This document shows positions 9,710 through 20,800 of a DNA stretch of 41,431 nucleotides, in pieces. Under the pieces are notes generated by a model that saw only the letters and a list, made by a program, of their open reading frames with translations, ran no database searches and had not been told where the DNA came from. Position 1 is the stretch's first letter. Each line of letters begins with the position of its first letter. The DNA comes from Chrysochromulina tobinii (taxonomy: Eukaryota), in assembly GCA_001275005.1 (NCBI GenBank), contig JWZX01003371.1, positions 1 through 41,431 on the forward strand, in the 5' to 3' direction. The position numbers and the translations under genes were made by a program.

Positions 9710-11409
9710 ATGGCCGGTCGGGTCAGGGGCGTCACGGCAGCAGCGCTGCGCGGCCAGCGACGCTGCTTCTCGAGCAAGCAGCGCGTGGTCGACCCAACGC
9801 GCTGGATCAAAGGGAGCGGGAGCAACAAGCTCGCCGGGTCGCCCGACGAGGCGATCGCTGACATCTTCCCGGGCGCCACGCTGTGCGTTGGCGGCTTTGG
9901 GCTCTGCGGCAGTGCGCGCGCTGCACCCCCTGCCCACACGGCCATGCAACCCACCTTCGAATCCGCATGTGCGCACACTCATCTTAGTTTCTCGCCGTGC
10001 GCGCCGCAGTCCCAGAGAATCTCATCGCCGCGCTGGTGCGCAAGGGCACCAGTGAACTGACGGTGGTGAGCAATAACGCCGGAGTTGACGACTTTGGCCT
10101 GGGCCTCCTGCTTAAGACGGGCCAAATCAAGAGGATGATCTCGTCTTACGTCGGTGAAAACAAGACATTTGAGCGCCTGTACCTGACCGGCGAGCTCGAG
10201 GTCGAGCTCACGCCTCAGGGCACGCTGGCAGAGCGGATGCGTGCAGGAGGCTCGGGCATCCCCGCCTTCTACACACCATGCGCCGCGGGCACGATCATCC
10301 AGGAGGGTGGCGTGCCGATCAAGTATCGTAAGGACGGATCTGTCGAGATCGAGAGCAGCCCGCGCGAGATTCGCAATTTCAACGGCCGCGATTTCGTCCT
10401 CGAGCAGGCGATTGTGGGCGACTTTTCGATCGTGAAGGCATGGAAGGCGGACACGCGAGGCAACCTCGTCTTCCGAGGGACGGGGCGCAACTTCAACGTG
10501 GACGCGGCGATGGCGGGCAAGATTTGCATCGCCGAGGTCGAGGAGATCGTGCAGGCGGGCGCCATCCCGCCCGATCAGGTCCATCTGCCCGGCGTGTACG
10601 TGCATCGCGTCGTCCAAGGCCAGTCGTACGAGAAACGCATCGAGAAGCGAATGACGGGCGGTGGCGCATCGGCCAACGCGGCGGAGATGATTGCGCAGAC
10701 GCTCTCGCCCGAGCGCCTGCGCATCGTCAAGCGCGCGGCCATGGAGTTCGAGGACGGTATGTATGTCAACCTCGGCATTGGCATCCCGACCCTCGCCTCC
10801 AACTTCGTGTCTCCGAACGTGCGCATCGAGCTGCAGTCCGAGAACGGCCTGCTCGGCATCGGACCCTACCCGATCAAGGGTCAGGAGGATCCGGACATGA
10901 TCAACGCGGGAAAGGAGACGGTGACGTCCATCCCCGGCTCATCTACGTTCTCGTCGTCCACATCGTTCGGCATGATCCGCGCGGGCAAGGTGCAGCTCAC
11001 CTTGCTAGGCGCCCTCGAAGTCGCCTCCAACGGCGACCTTGCCAACTGGATCATCCCGGGCAAGATGGTCAAGGGGATGGGCGGGGCGATGGACCTGGTG
11101 AGCAGCGGCAGCCGCGTGGTCGTGACTATGGAGCACACGGCCAAGGGAGGCAAGCACAAGATCCTGCCGCGCTGCTCGCTGCCGCTCACAGGCAAGCGCG
11201 TGGTCCATCGGATCATCACAGAGCTCGGGGTATTCGATGTGATGCCCGGGCGTGAGCACGGCCATCCAGATTGCGAGCACGAGGGCCTCGAGCTCATCGA
11301 GATTGCCGACGGCGTCTCTATCGACGACGTACGCCTGGCGACTGGCGCCGACTTCCGCGTGGCCGATGGCTACCGCTCACGCTGGCTCAAGCCCATGGGA
11401 GGGCAGTAG
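9710..11409 (+). CDS. OXCT1: Succinyl-CoA:3-oxoacid CoA-transferase (SCOT), mitochondrial; 2 exons
   Basis: Exons 9710-9911 and 10010-11409. Removing GT-AG intron 9912-10009 restores GGFGLCGIPENLI. Also [26 protein letters not shown] (catalytic Glu) and [14 protein letters not shown]. Confidence 0.96.
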
Positions 11410-11966
11410 CAAGGGCTGCAACGCACAGCAGGAGCAGCGAATGTGTCGGGTTGACGGTGGTTAGTCAGCCAGTCCTACCATAGGGAGTTAGCCGGTGACC
11501 TGACGTGTTAAGGTCGCAAGGTGGAATGCTTGTGGGACGGACGGTAGTGCCGGGAATGATGCTTGATGACGCCTTAAGCGTTATATAAGGAGGCGTGTGA
11601 GAGAGGAGAGAGAGAGAGGGAGGGAGCAGTGCATTATCGTGTGTCGACTGTGTGTAGGACAGTTTGCATTCTGTACCGTAGTACACGCCCATCACTTGGG
11701 GAGGTACTGAACGACCTCCGGACCCAGCAGCGGCACCCGATTACACATTCACAGCACCCGGCCCAAGAGCCAAGGCCCGCATGTGAGCCTCACCGCTCAA
11801 CTCTCGCCATGCAACTCCCATAAACATAGCGCAACACGCCAAAATGGAGTCTGCGATTCGCTGACACCGTCGCAGCCGTCGAGCTGCACCCACACGGATT
11901 ACTTTGGACCCACAACCCATCAAAAATCCGTCCTGACACCCAACGAACATCTTGGGCGGCGCATCA

Positions 11967-12941
11967 TCATGTATTGTGGCGCCTAAGTGTCTCATCCGTA
12001 TCCTCTTTCGGGTGATTTGTCACGTCATGTGTGTTGATGCGTGCCTCGGCTGCCTCCGCGAGGACAGGCTGGTTGTGCCGCCAAGTACCATTATACACCA
12101 CCTCGCCAGCAGCGTTGGTGAAGATGCCATGCGGCCCGTGGCGCATGCCATCCGTAAAATGGCCTGCGTACTCCGCACGCAGCTGCGTTGAGTTAGTCGA
12201 TGCCGCCGCGCCGCCGTGGCTCGCACCACGCGCCCCCGCCCCTGGCTGCTCAAGTGGCCACACGTATCGGCCGTGGCCATGTTTCCGGTCGTCGCGCCAG
12301 CCTCCAATGTACACCGCGCCGTCAGCGTACGAGAGCCGGCCAACGCCGTCACGCTTGTCGTGCGCCCACGCGCCAAGATATACCGTGCCGCCGGCCAAGT
12401 AAGTCTGTGTGCCTTGGCCATGTCGTTCACCCGTGTGAGGATTGCGCTCTCCAACAAAGCCATTATCTCCAGCGTACGCCTCTCGCCGTTTGGCCGCCGC
12501 ATGCCTACGCAGATGCTCGTATCTCGTACGGTCGTATGCCTTGACGTCGCTCGCGGCCGCTCTCTTCACAGCGGCGTCGCTGTCAATGCGCCCCGGGAAT
12601 TCAGACATCGATTGGAAGTTGCTGGCTGCCGGGTTTGCACACTGCGGGTACGCACGCTTGCCCCCGTACACCACCTTTGACCGAGGCACGCCCGGATACA
12701 ACTTCGGATGCAAGCGCGGGAAGAAAGATCCACGTGCTCTCGACGCTCTTACGGCCGCCTGTAGAGCCTCATCGGCCTGCTCGACGATGCTCATCACGTT
12801 GCTTGAAGTTGCGTGTGCCTTACTCGATGTCCCCTTGTTATTCTGCCGCATAGCTCCTTGCCCAGGCAGCTGTGCTGGTGCAAGCGGCGGCGGCTGGAGC
12901 GCGGTGCAATTTCTGCTGCGACTCGTGCTGCTGCGGCACAT
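11967..12941 (-). CDS. MORN-repeat protein
   Basis: Repeats such as RHGQGTQTY...VYLGAWAHDKRDGVGRLSYADGAVYIGGWRDDRKHGHGRY...YAGHFTDGMRHGPHG. Start uncertain (ATG 12941 or 12851). Confidence 0.8.
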   Translation of the reverse strand: MCRSSTSRSRNCTALQPPPLAPAQLPGQGAMRQNNKGTSSKAHATSSNVMSIVEQADEALQAAVRASRARGSFFPRLHPKLYPGVPRSKVVYGGKRAYPQCANPAASNFQSMSEFPGRIDSDAAVKRAAASDVKAYDRTRYEHLRRHAAAKRREAYAGDNGFVGERNPHTGERHGQGTQTYLAGGTVYLGAWAHDKRDGVGRLSYADGAVYIGGWRDDRKHGHGRYVWPLEQPGAGARGASHGGAAASTNSTQLRAEYAGHFTDGMRHGPHGIFTNAAGEVVYNGTWRHNQPVLAEAAEARINTHDVTNHPKEDTDETLRRHNT

Positions 12942-12997
12942 GAGGTCAGCGTGCACGAATCGCAGCACGCGCTCTCGTTCACCCGCGAGCTGGTACG

Positions 12998-13996
12998 TCA
13001 AGTGACTGCGATCCCACCCGCCCACAGACCTGCAGTGCACACAGCAAGCATTCCTGCATTCAGCATGCTATACAGAGTGCGTGAGGGCATGCTTTGAGCC
13101 AACGCGACAGACATCTTCCACAGGGCTGTGTCCCAGTTTTGCCACGGGCCGAGCGCGGGGCCAACAGCGGGCAATGTATTGTCGGGCAGCACGTTGGCGA
13201 TCGCGAGCCCGCGCATGTCCTGCAGGTACATAGCGATCCACAGGTCGTCGTGCAATCTAAAGTGGCCGTTGACGCGGCACGCGAGCGAGTAGAAGTGGAG
13301 CATCGCCGTGTGCCGCACGCTCGCCATCTCGCTCGCACGTCCAGACTGCTCCACGTCCAGACTCACGATCGTCTTGGTGGCTTCTGCCGCCACGCCAGGA
13401 GCCACCAAGTCGATCTTACCCTTCCACCCGGCCACGATGTCTGTCAACGTTCGCGCCAGCACGTGGCGCGCATCGAACGCGAGGATGTCGGCGCCCTGGC
13501 CGACGCGCAGCGGCGTCTGCGGTAGGTCGTACGTATAGAAAGAGAAGGCAGCCGATGGGTCGCGAAGTATGGCTGCCTCGAGCAGCGCGAGCGCACTGGG
13601 CTGGTAGAATCTATCGTCATCGCAAATGACGGCAAATGCTTGTCGCCCCAAAGGCTGGCTCGCAAGCAGCGTGGCGAGCTGGCCGACGGCGCAGAGGATT
13701 TTGGAGCCTGGGCCGTAGTCCGCCTCGCACTCCGTCACCGAGAGAAGCGGGTGCGGCTGGATGCGCGATGCATCCACAGTTTCGTTCGGAAACCGATGAT
13801 AGAATCGCGGCAGCGAGAGCAAGATCTTGTCCGGTGGGCGAGTCTGCTGAACGAGCGATCGGACGACGCGGTCGATGAGATGCACGCGCCGCGGGATGGT
13901 GGTGAGCGTCATATAGAGTAAGGGCCCCCGCGTGCCAGCCGGGCACACGGCAGAGTTTGTGCAGATTTGTGCGCTGGCGAAGCCCAGCAGCATCAT
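12998..13996 (-). CDS. Putative GT-A fold glycosyltransferase (secretory pathway)
   Basis: TLTTIPRR...SLVQQTRPPDKILLSLP...DYGPGSKIL...ICDDDRFY (DxD-type motif)...HDDLWI. Hydrophobic N-terminus. First ATG at 13996 (track start is TTG); 3' end may be mis-defined. Confidence 0.75.
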   Translation of the reverse strand: MMLLGFASAQICTNSAVCPAGTRGPLLYMTLTTIPRRVHLIDRVVRSLVQQTRPPDKILLSLPRFYHRFPNETVDASRIQPHPLLSVTECEADYGPGSKILCAVGQLATLLASQPLGRQAFAVICDDDRFYQPSALALLEAAILRDPSAAFSFYTYDLPQTPLRVGQGADILAFDARHVLARTLTDIVAGWKGKIDLVAPGVAAEATKTIVSLDVEQSGRASEMASVRHTAMLHFYSLACRVNGHFRLHDDLWIAMYLQDMRGLAIANVLPDNTLPAVGPALGPWQNWDTALWKMSVALAQSMPSRTLYSMLNAGMLAVCTAGLWAGGIAVT

Positions 13997-14659
13997 GGCG
14001 AGGAAGATGATGCGGCCAGGCCGCGCCCCTCGCTCGCGGATTGATTCGTGGTTCAACGCGGTCGAGTCACGGTGAACTTATGAGGCGAACCAAGTTTCGT
14101 CTGTGTCAGGTTACGTCAAATGCGTTGAATGAGATCGTCTGTTTGCATGCATTCATATTCTGCCGAAACTTGAGCCGCATGGGCCGGCGCTTCCAAGCCG
14201 TGGTACGAAATGTTCGACCCCGAAATCGACCCGATCATGCCCGATAAAGCCGGTGGGCGAGGCTCCCGGGCAGCGATATTTGCTCATAAGAGCACGTGTG
14301 ACGTGTCGACAAAGTGCATCGACAAAGATACATGTCATGTAAAGGGGCCAAACGCGTCGTCTTGGGCACATAATCACAGTTGTGGTGACTGTGAAAGCTG
14401 CGGAATTCCAGTGCCTGCATGAGTCTTGTCATTAAGTTTAAGAGCTACAACGTACCAAGGATGTTAAGTATACTTCTGTAATCAGGTTTAAGGTGTTAAG
14501 TAGGCTCCAATGCATACGCAAGCACGTCGACCAAAGTTCGAACACTTCGACGAAACAACCGTAACGGTAGGTAACGCACCTTGATGTCGGACCTGGCGCT
14601 CTATGCGGTCGTGCGTCAACTCGTGCGTCCTGTCCGAGGAGGTCCATTGAAACGTGTCA

Positions 14660-16238
14660 ATGATGACAAAGCCCTACACGCTTTCACTCCTGGTAGCCAC
14701 GCACCGGTGTGACCGCCCGCAAGCCCGAGCTTCATCTGGGTTCAACCCCGACGAGATGCGCGCCGAGTCCGCCTACGGCGAGGTGCCGATGCCCAACCTC
14801 GACCGGCTCACTGCGGGCGGCGTGCGCTTCACCCAGTGTCATACGTCCCACACGACGTGCAGCCAGTCGAGGGCGAGCTTCATGACGGGCTGGCCGACGC
14901 ACGTCAACGGGCACCGCTCGCTGTGGTCGCTTGTGCGCGACTCCGAGCCTAACGTCTTCCGCTATTTGCACGACGACGGCTACGACGTCTACTGGTGGGG
15001 CAAGAACGACAACCTCGAGGACACGGCCATGATGCACTCAACGATGCACCGCGAGGCGGGCAATGGCGGCGACCACAACGGCACGAAACTATTTGCGTTC
15101 GGCGATCCGCGCTACTACTCCTTCCTCTACCCGCCGCTCGACGCGTCGCACGCCAACAAGACGCAGGACTGGTACAACGTGAACGAGGCGATCGAGTTCC
15201 TCAAGAAGCGCACGCCATCGTCGCCGCCGTTTATGATCTTCCTTCCGCTGCTGCTGCCGCACCCGCCGTACTCATGCCCCGAGCCTTGGCACTCGATGGT
15301 GGACCCGGCTACCGTCCAGATGCACCGACCCATCTCGACCGCGGCCGATGCCAAGCCCGACTTCCACGGCTATCTGCGCCAGTTCACGCACCAGGACCAG
15401 CTGAACGCCAGCGAGGCGGAGCTGCTGTACCGGCAGGTGCGCGCCACGTACCTCGGGTGCACCGCATACTCGGACTCTCTTCTCGGCCTCCTCCTCGACG
15501 CGCTCGACGCCACCGGCCTAGCCAACGAGACGGCCGTGATGCACTTTGCTGACCACGGCGATTACGCAGGCGACTGGGGCCTCGTTGAGAAGTGGCCGTC
15601 CGGTGTGGAGGATGTGCTGACGCGCGTGCCTCTGGTTGGTGCGCGCACCGTTCGTGCCTTCGGCCGTGCGTGGGGTGGAGGTCGGCGACGTGGTACAGCT
15701 CTTCGACATCGTCGCGACCACGCTCGAGCTCGCGTCCATCAAGCCGGAGCACGTGCACTTCTCGCGCTCTCTCATGCCATACATGAGCGCGAGTGCGAAG
15801 CCCGCCGGGTTCACGCCGCGCGCGTTCGTTTACACCGAGGGCGGTTACGCGACCAACGAGCCGCGTGACCACGAGGGCTGGGACGGGCTGCCGGACGAGA
15901 AGGACGACTATTATTACAAGGAGTTACTCGAGCAGGATCTGCCGATCTCCGTGTGCCGCGCCGTCTCGGTGCGCAACCTCACCGCCAAGCTCGTGTTTCG
16001 GAGCGATCCGAAGGCACCAGACCACTACTCCGAGCTGTACGATCTCGTGGCCGACCCGTTCGAGCTGTCCAACAAGTACGCCGACCCCGCCTACGCGCCG
16101 CTCCGGGCGGAGCTCAAGGAGGAGATGCTGCGATGGCTCGTGCAGACCTCGGACATCACGCCCTGGTCCGTCTGCGATCGCAACTCGGGCAAGTGCGACA
16201 AGACGCCCTTCCGCCGCCGCCGCCGCCGCCGCCAGTGA
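14660..16238 (+). CDS. Sulfatase (Cys-type formylglycine-dependent), frameshifted in this sequence
   Basis: PDEMRAE, PNLDRL, CSQSRASFMTG (C-x-x-x-R), GKND, PHPPY and ADHGDYAG. After a +1 shift near 15636 it continues VRAP...QLFDIVATTLELA...ELYDLVADPFE. Further apparent +1 insertions at 14702-14740. Confidence 0.88.
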
Positions 16239-16734
16239 AGGGCCGCAGGCCCGCAGCGACCGGGCGCACCGCACCGCAGCATACTGTCAGCCCCCCATGC
16301 GGCTCCTGTGAGCATCGTTCGAGTGCAGCGGAGCGGCTCTAAGGTCAGGTCTTGCACCTAGTACAATAGCTTTAGTAAAGCATCCGCCCCCATGGGGCTA
16401 CGGAAGCTGTAAGGCGATATCGTGTGGGAATGACGCCGTGGCTGCTGACTGATGCTAATGCCGTGGCCTCATGCCCCCCAGCGGCAGCAGGCAGCGCCCT
16501 GCGGCGCGTGGCTGCTTTTCCGTTTTCGGCGCAATGCCCAATGCGGCCCAGGGCCCCCGCGCCCGCGGCCCATCGCGTGCCCCCGCGTGCGCGCACACCC
16601 GCGGACGGCGCGGAGGCGCAGGTGGGCGGGCCGCATAGCGGCTGCAGCGGCCCCTGTGGCGCGTGGCTGCTTGCGCATGCGGCGCCCCCCGGAGCCATCC
16701 CGCCAGCGGCCTGTGGCGCGTGCTTGCGGCGGCC

Positions 16735-16899
16735 ACCGGAGACCGCTCCGCAGACCTCCATCCGGAGAGCACCACGCCACAAGATTACTCGAGACCACCA
16801 GGAGACCACCCGGAGAGCGCGCCCCTGACCGCTGATGTGCCGCACTCCGTAATCTGGTGGTCTCCGGAGGCCGCCGTCTCCGGAGTAATCTGGTGGTCT
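16735..16899. repeat. Cluster of direct and inverted short repeats (GTAATCTGGTGGTCT and reverse complements), possible MITE/DNA-transposon subterminal remnant
   Basis: GTAATCTGGTGGTCT at 16849-16863 and 16885-16899. Inverted partial copies AGATTACTC (16782), AGACCACCAG (16792) and GGAGACCACC (16801). Confidence 0.5.
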
Positions 16900-17371
16900 A
16901 CGACGAAGTGCGAACGCTTCTTCCTACAAGCTCCTTTCCAGATGTCACCGGCGACCTTATGACGAAATCCTTGCAGGTGGCGACGATCAAACGAAACAAC
17001 ATGGCAATAAATTACAAAAATTAGCTAGGCAAAATTCTACCCCTATAACGCTATGTCAAGTCAAGTCAAGTCACCGTCCGAAGGAAATGCATGAGGCAGT
17101 CCTGTCACTCATGAAACAAGTGCGGTCTACTCGGCCGTGATCGGGCTCATGTTGGCTCATGTCCGCCCAGGAGACCTCGGTCCCTACTACATAAACTACA
17201 GACAACCTCCGTAAAGGTAAACACAACAAACGGGAAGCGTGGACCGCCATGCATGGTGCCAAGCCTATCGAATGTGCTCTCGAGGCTATAAACATTGTGC
17301 CTGGAACTATTCTATTTTCTATTCTCGGAACTTAAACATCACTAAAATTTCGCGGTGCAAAAGTGGCGCAA

Positions 17372-19384
17372 ATGGGCTCATCCAACTCGAAGGGCTCCAC
17401 CTCCACCTCGACAGAGGCCACCACGATTCGCGCTGTGCTCCGCCGAGTCCTCCGCCGAGTCCTCCGAGGAGCTCGAACTCCGACGAGCCGCGACTTGCTC
17501 ACCGGCGGCCTCGGCGCGCCGCCCACGGCCCAGTCGCAGACGATCGTCGCGAACGCACCGAACCCCTACTTTGACGTTGAGACGCTGCTCGCGTCGGTGG
17601 GGAGCGGCGCGATCGCGGCGGTGAAGGGCACCTGGCTCGTCGGCCTGCACAAGCGCGGCGGCCGCCTCTCGCGCCGGCAGGACCTTCCGCCCGAGGCCTT
17701 TTGGTCGGCGCTCGAGCTGCGGAGGGTCGCGCGGGCGCTTGGCGACGACTTTGGCGTGCTCTTCGTCGCGCTGTCGTACCGGTGGCTCACAATGGAGCAC
17801 CCCGACCCCGACGGCTTCCACCTCGGCATCGTGGCGTCGGTCGCCGAGCTCTACCTCAATCAGAGGGGGTGGAAAGATAAATATGGGTTTGACCAATATT
17901 CGCAGCTCACCAGGGCGTTCCGGAAGCACGGGCTCGGCCTCCCCGAGTTCGCGCTGTTCTGGGACTATGCGAGCCTGCACCAGCCGCCGCGCACCGATGC
18001 CGAGGCGGAGCTCTTCCCCAAGGGCCTGAAGAACTCCAATGTGTGGTATGGCCACGCGTGCACCGTCGTGTGGATGCAGAGTGAGCTGCCCGAGGGGTTT
18101 GCGGCGCGGATGCGGGCGAGCGAGCCGCCCCTCGCGGAGACGTACGAGGACTCGGGCTGGTGCTACGTCGAGGCCGCCATCAGCGCCACCATCAAGCCCG
18201 GCTTCCTGCGCCTCGACCTCGCCAAGCGTACGGATCGGGCGATGGCGTGCACCTACGGGCCCGGGGAGCGGTGGGATGAAGCCGACGACATGCTCGCACG
18301 CTCGTGCGCGCGGCGTCGGCCGCCACCGCCGTCGCCGGAAACGGTCCGGCGCCTGCTGCAGACGGAGAAGCGCTTCACCAACTCGTCCGACGTGAGCAAG
18401 GTTGCGGACCTGTACGCAACCTTCTTCGGCAAGGTCATCAACGTCAGGGAGCTCAAGTTCCAAGGGCTCGAGTGGGGCGACGCTGACGTCGTCGAGCTGT
18501 GCGAGGTGCTGCCCCGCTTTGCAGCCTTGAGGACGCTCGACCTCTCCGACAACAAGATCGGTCCGGAGAGCGCATCCGCACTCGGCGAGGCGCTCAAGGT
18601 CAACGCGGTCCTGACCACCCTGGACTTGAGCACCAACAGCATCGGTCCAGAGGGAGCCTTCGCGATCGCGGAGGCGCTCAAGGTCAACGCGGTGGTCACC
18701 ACCCTCTACCTCAGAGGCAACAACATCAAGGATGAGGGTGCCAAGGCGATCGCGGAGGCGCTGAAGGTCAACGCGGTGGTGACCAAGCTGTGGCTCCAAA
18801 GCAACGGCATCGGGGATGAGGGTGCCATCGCGATCGCGGAGGCGCTGACGGTCAACACGGTGGTGACCACCCTCGACCTCGAGAACAACTCCATCGGGGA
18901 TGAGGGTGCCATCGCGATCACGAAGGCGCTGAAGGTCAACACGGTGGTGACCACCCTCTCCCTCGGGGGCAACAACATCGGGGATGAGGGTGCCATCGCG
19001 ACTGCGGAGGCGCTGAAGGTCACGGCGGTCCTGACCCGCTTGGACTTGAGCCTCAACCCCATCGGCGACAATGGTGCCAAGGCGATTGCAGAGGCGCTGA
19101 AGGTCAACGCGGTCCTGACCGAGCTGAGCCTCTGGAACAACAACATCGGTCCAGAGGGAGCCATCGCAATCGCGGAGGCGCTGAAGGTAAACGCGGTGGT
19201 GACCAAGCTGTTCCTCAATGGCAACAACATCGAAGACGACGGTGCCAAGGCGATCGCGGAGGCGCTGAAGGTCAACGTGGTCTTGACCATTCTCTCCCTT
19301 GGACAAAATAATTTGGGAGATGCAGGGAAAACAGCGGTGCAAGATGCTGCAAAGGGCCGGAGTGGATTCCAGTTAACCCTGTAG
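17372..19384 (+). CDS. HET-domain (TIR-like) plus RNI-like LRR protein (NLRC3-like repeats) with N-myristoylation motif
   Basis: ATG 17372 gives MGSSNSK. HET-type motifs FVALSYRW (17762), LFWDYASLHQ (~17957), NVWY and SGWCYVE (~18152-18172). About ten 28-aa LRRs of the form LxxLxLxxNxIGxEGAxAIAEALKVN at 84-bp spacing from ~18527. Confidence 0.85.
   Translation: MGSSNSKGSTSTSTEATTIRAVLRRVLRRVLRGARTPTSRDLLTGGLGAPPTAQSQTIVANAPNPYFDVETLLASVGSGAIAAVKGTWLVGLHKRGGRLSRRQDLPPEAFWSALELRRVARALGDDFGVLFVALSYRWLTMEHPDPDGFHLGIVASVAELYLNQRGWKDKYGFDQYSQLTRAFRKHGLGLPEFALFWDYASLHQPPRTDAEAELFPKGLKNSNVWYGHACTVVWMQSELPEGFAARMRASEPPLAETYEDSGWCYVEAAISATIKPGFLRLDLAKRTDRAMACTYGPGERWDEADDMLARSCARRRPPPPSPETVRRLLQTEKRFTNSSDVSKVADLYATFFGKVINVRELKFQGLEWGDADVVELCEVLPRFAALRTLDLSDNKIGPESASALGEALKVNAVLTTLDLSTNSIGPEGAFAIAEALKVNAVVTTLYLRGNNIKDEGAKAIAEALKVNAVVTKLWLQSNGIGDEGAIAIAEALTVNTVVTTLDLENNSIGDEGAIAITKALKVNTVVTTLSLGGNNIGDEGAIATAEALKVTAVLTRLDLSLNPIGDNGAKAIAEALKVNAVLTELSLWNNNIGPEGAIAIAEALKVNAVVTKLFLNGNNIEDDGAKAIAEALKVNVVLTILSLGQNNLGDAGKTAVQDAAKGRSGFQLTL
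18527..19340 (+). repeat. Coding LRR tandem array, 84-bp unit
   Basis: Near-identical scaffold GCGATCGCGGAGGCGCTGAAGGTCAAC recurs every 84 bp. Confidence 0.9.
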
Positions 19385-19424
19385 ATTGTGCGAGCACTGT
19401 GAACTTGTGTGGATCGCTGTTTCG

Positions 19425-19486
19425 CGTGTTCTGCGATGGGTAGGTACCACTAGTCGTGTTCTGCAATGGGTAGGTACCACTAGTCG
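19425..19486. repeat. 30-bp tandem duplication (CGTGTTCTGCRATGGGTAGGTACCACTAGT x2)
   Basis: Copies at 19425-19454 and 19455-19484 with one mismatch. Confidence 0.9.
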
Positions 19487-19499
19487 CGCGCAGTGGTCA

Positions 19500-20800
19500 C
19501 ACTTGTTGTCGCCCGCCCGCGGCCTCGTTCTATCAGATTTTGATCCAGTTTGAAGGCGGCGTCGCACCCGGCTTCTTGCCCTTGCGTTCTTTCCGGGTCG
19601 TCCTTCTTGTCGCGCTTGTCCTTCTCGATCACCGGAGCGACCACCCGCTCGTCGAGCACGGATCCGATCCACATCCAGCTGACAATCCGAGCAGCGAGCT
19701 CGCGTCCACGCTTGGTCACGAGACGCACCACTCGGTGGCAACCACACTTGTTAAGGGGGGCCCTGGGAAGTCATTGAAGTATCCAAGGGGGAGGTATGGA
19801 GACCTTCCATCTCCCAGGTGGAAGTATTGATCGAGACCCACAGTGGTAGAATCGATAGGTGCCCACGTGGGGTCGCGCGCGGTCACTGCAGACTTGACAC
19901 AGTCGCGTGACATAGTGATACTCGCACGGGCACGGCCATCAAGAGGATATCAAGAGGAGCACAACCATGGGCATGCAGAGCACCATGCCGCGGAGCACGG
20001 TTTGGGATAGCTGAAGCGCTCTGATTTCTGCGGCCGGAGTCGGCCTTGCACGGTCTTGGTCTCCTCGTGGTTCGCATTGCACGCGTCGACGAGATAGAAT
20101 CGGTGCCACTCGAGGCCTGTGTCGGGCTCGACAGACTGCCCGGGGGCGGGGCCGGGCGACGATCCTTTGTCAGTGCAGTCTAGGCTGCTAGAATCACTCC
20201 GCCGTGAGGGCCGCAGCCGACCGGCACTTTGCCGATCGCGGTGAATTCCCCTTTTGGTTTCCCACTTTTGGGTTGTGTCTTTTTGTGACCCTTTTTAGGT
20301 TCGGTGTTTTGAGTGTCCATGGTGACCTCTACCCTCATTATCTCGCTTCTCTCGACCGTTATCGGATATGGCTTCGCCATTACGTGCACAGTCGCTTGCG
20401 TGCGTCTAAATAATGCGACACGAACGCGCTGCCTTGATCTGAGCGGACCATGAACGGCTTGAAAGTGCCATGGAAGCCCATGTGTGCGCCCATCTCGGCC
20501 GTGAAGGCGTCGAGGGCGGCAGTCGCGACAGTGGCCATAACCAGTGATCCAGCGTCCACAGCCACAACCAGGCAAGCGCACGTGCGCCCACGTGTCTAGG
20601 CGCGCGTCAAAGTGGCCCATGTCTCGCACCCCAATGTACAATCCAGAGCGCGGAGATGAGAATTATTATGGCGCAGTCCTCGCGTCCGAAACGGACAAAT
20701 CAAATAGGTTCCAAATAAGGGTGTGCGAACGCGGGATGATTGCAACTTTGGGCGGCGCGCTCCGTGCACCAGAACACCAGCGTGTCCCCAGACGCTCATC
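19500..20800 (-). mobile_element. Degenerate LTR-retrotransposon (Ty1/copia-like) pol relic, integrase fragment
   Basis: Minus-strand peptide at 20380-20565, AVDAGS...DAFTAEMGAHMGFHGTFKPFMVRSDQGSAFVSHY, matches the copia integrase 'vRsDqGsaF' segment around the second catalytic Asp. Surrounding frames are broken. No LTRs found; boundaries approximate. Confidence 0.55.

Noticed and set aside
14060..14650. AT-richer segment as a transposon or ncRNA
   Set aside because: No TIRs, TSDs, coding relic or recognisable RNA structure found by eye.
15630..15640. Programmed ribosomal frameshift or intron in the sulfatase
   Set aside because: No slippery heptamer and no room for an intron; a single-base insertion explains it, and similar insertions occur nearby.
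17378..19342. 654-aa antisense ORF opposite the HET-LRR gene
   Set aside because: Shadow ORF caused by high GC3 codon bias and the repetitive sense gene; no independent protein motifs.
19425..19486. 30-bp direct repeat as a CRISPR array
   Set aside because: Only two adjacent copies, no spacer, no cas genes, eukaryotic context.
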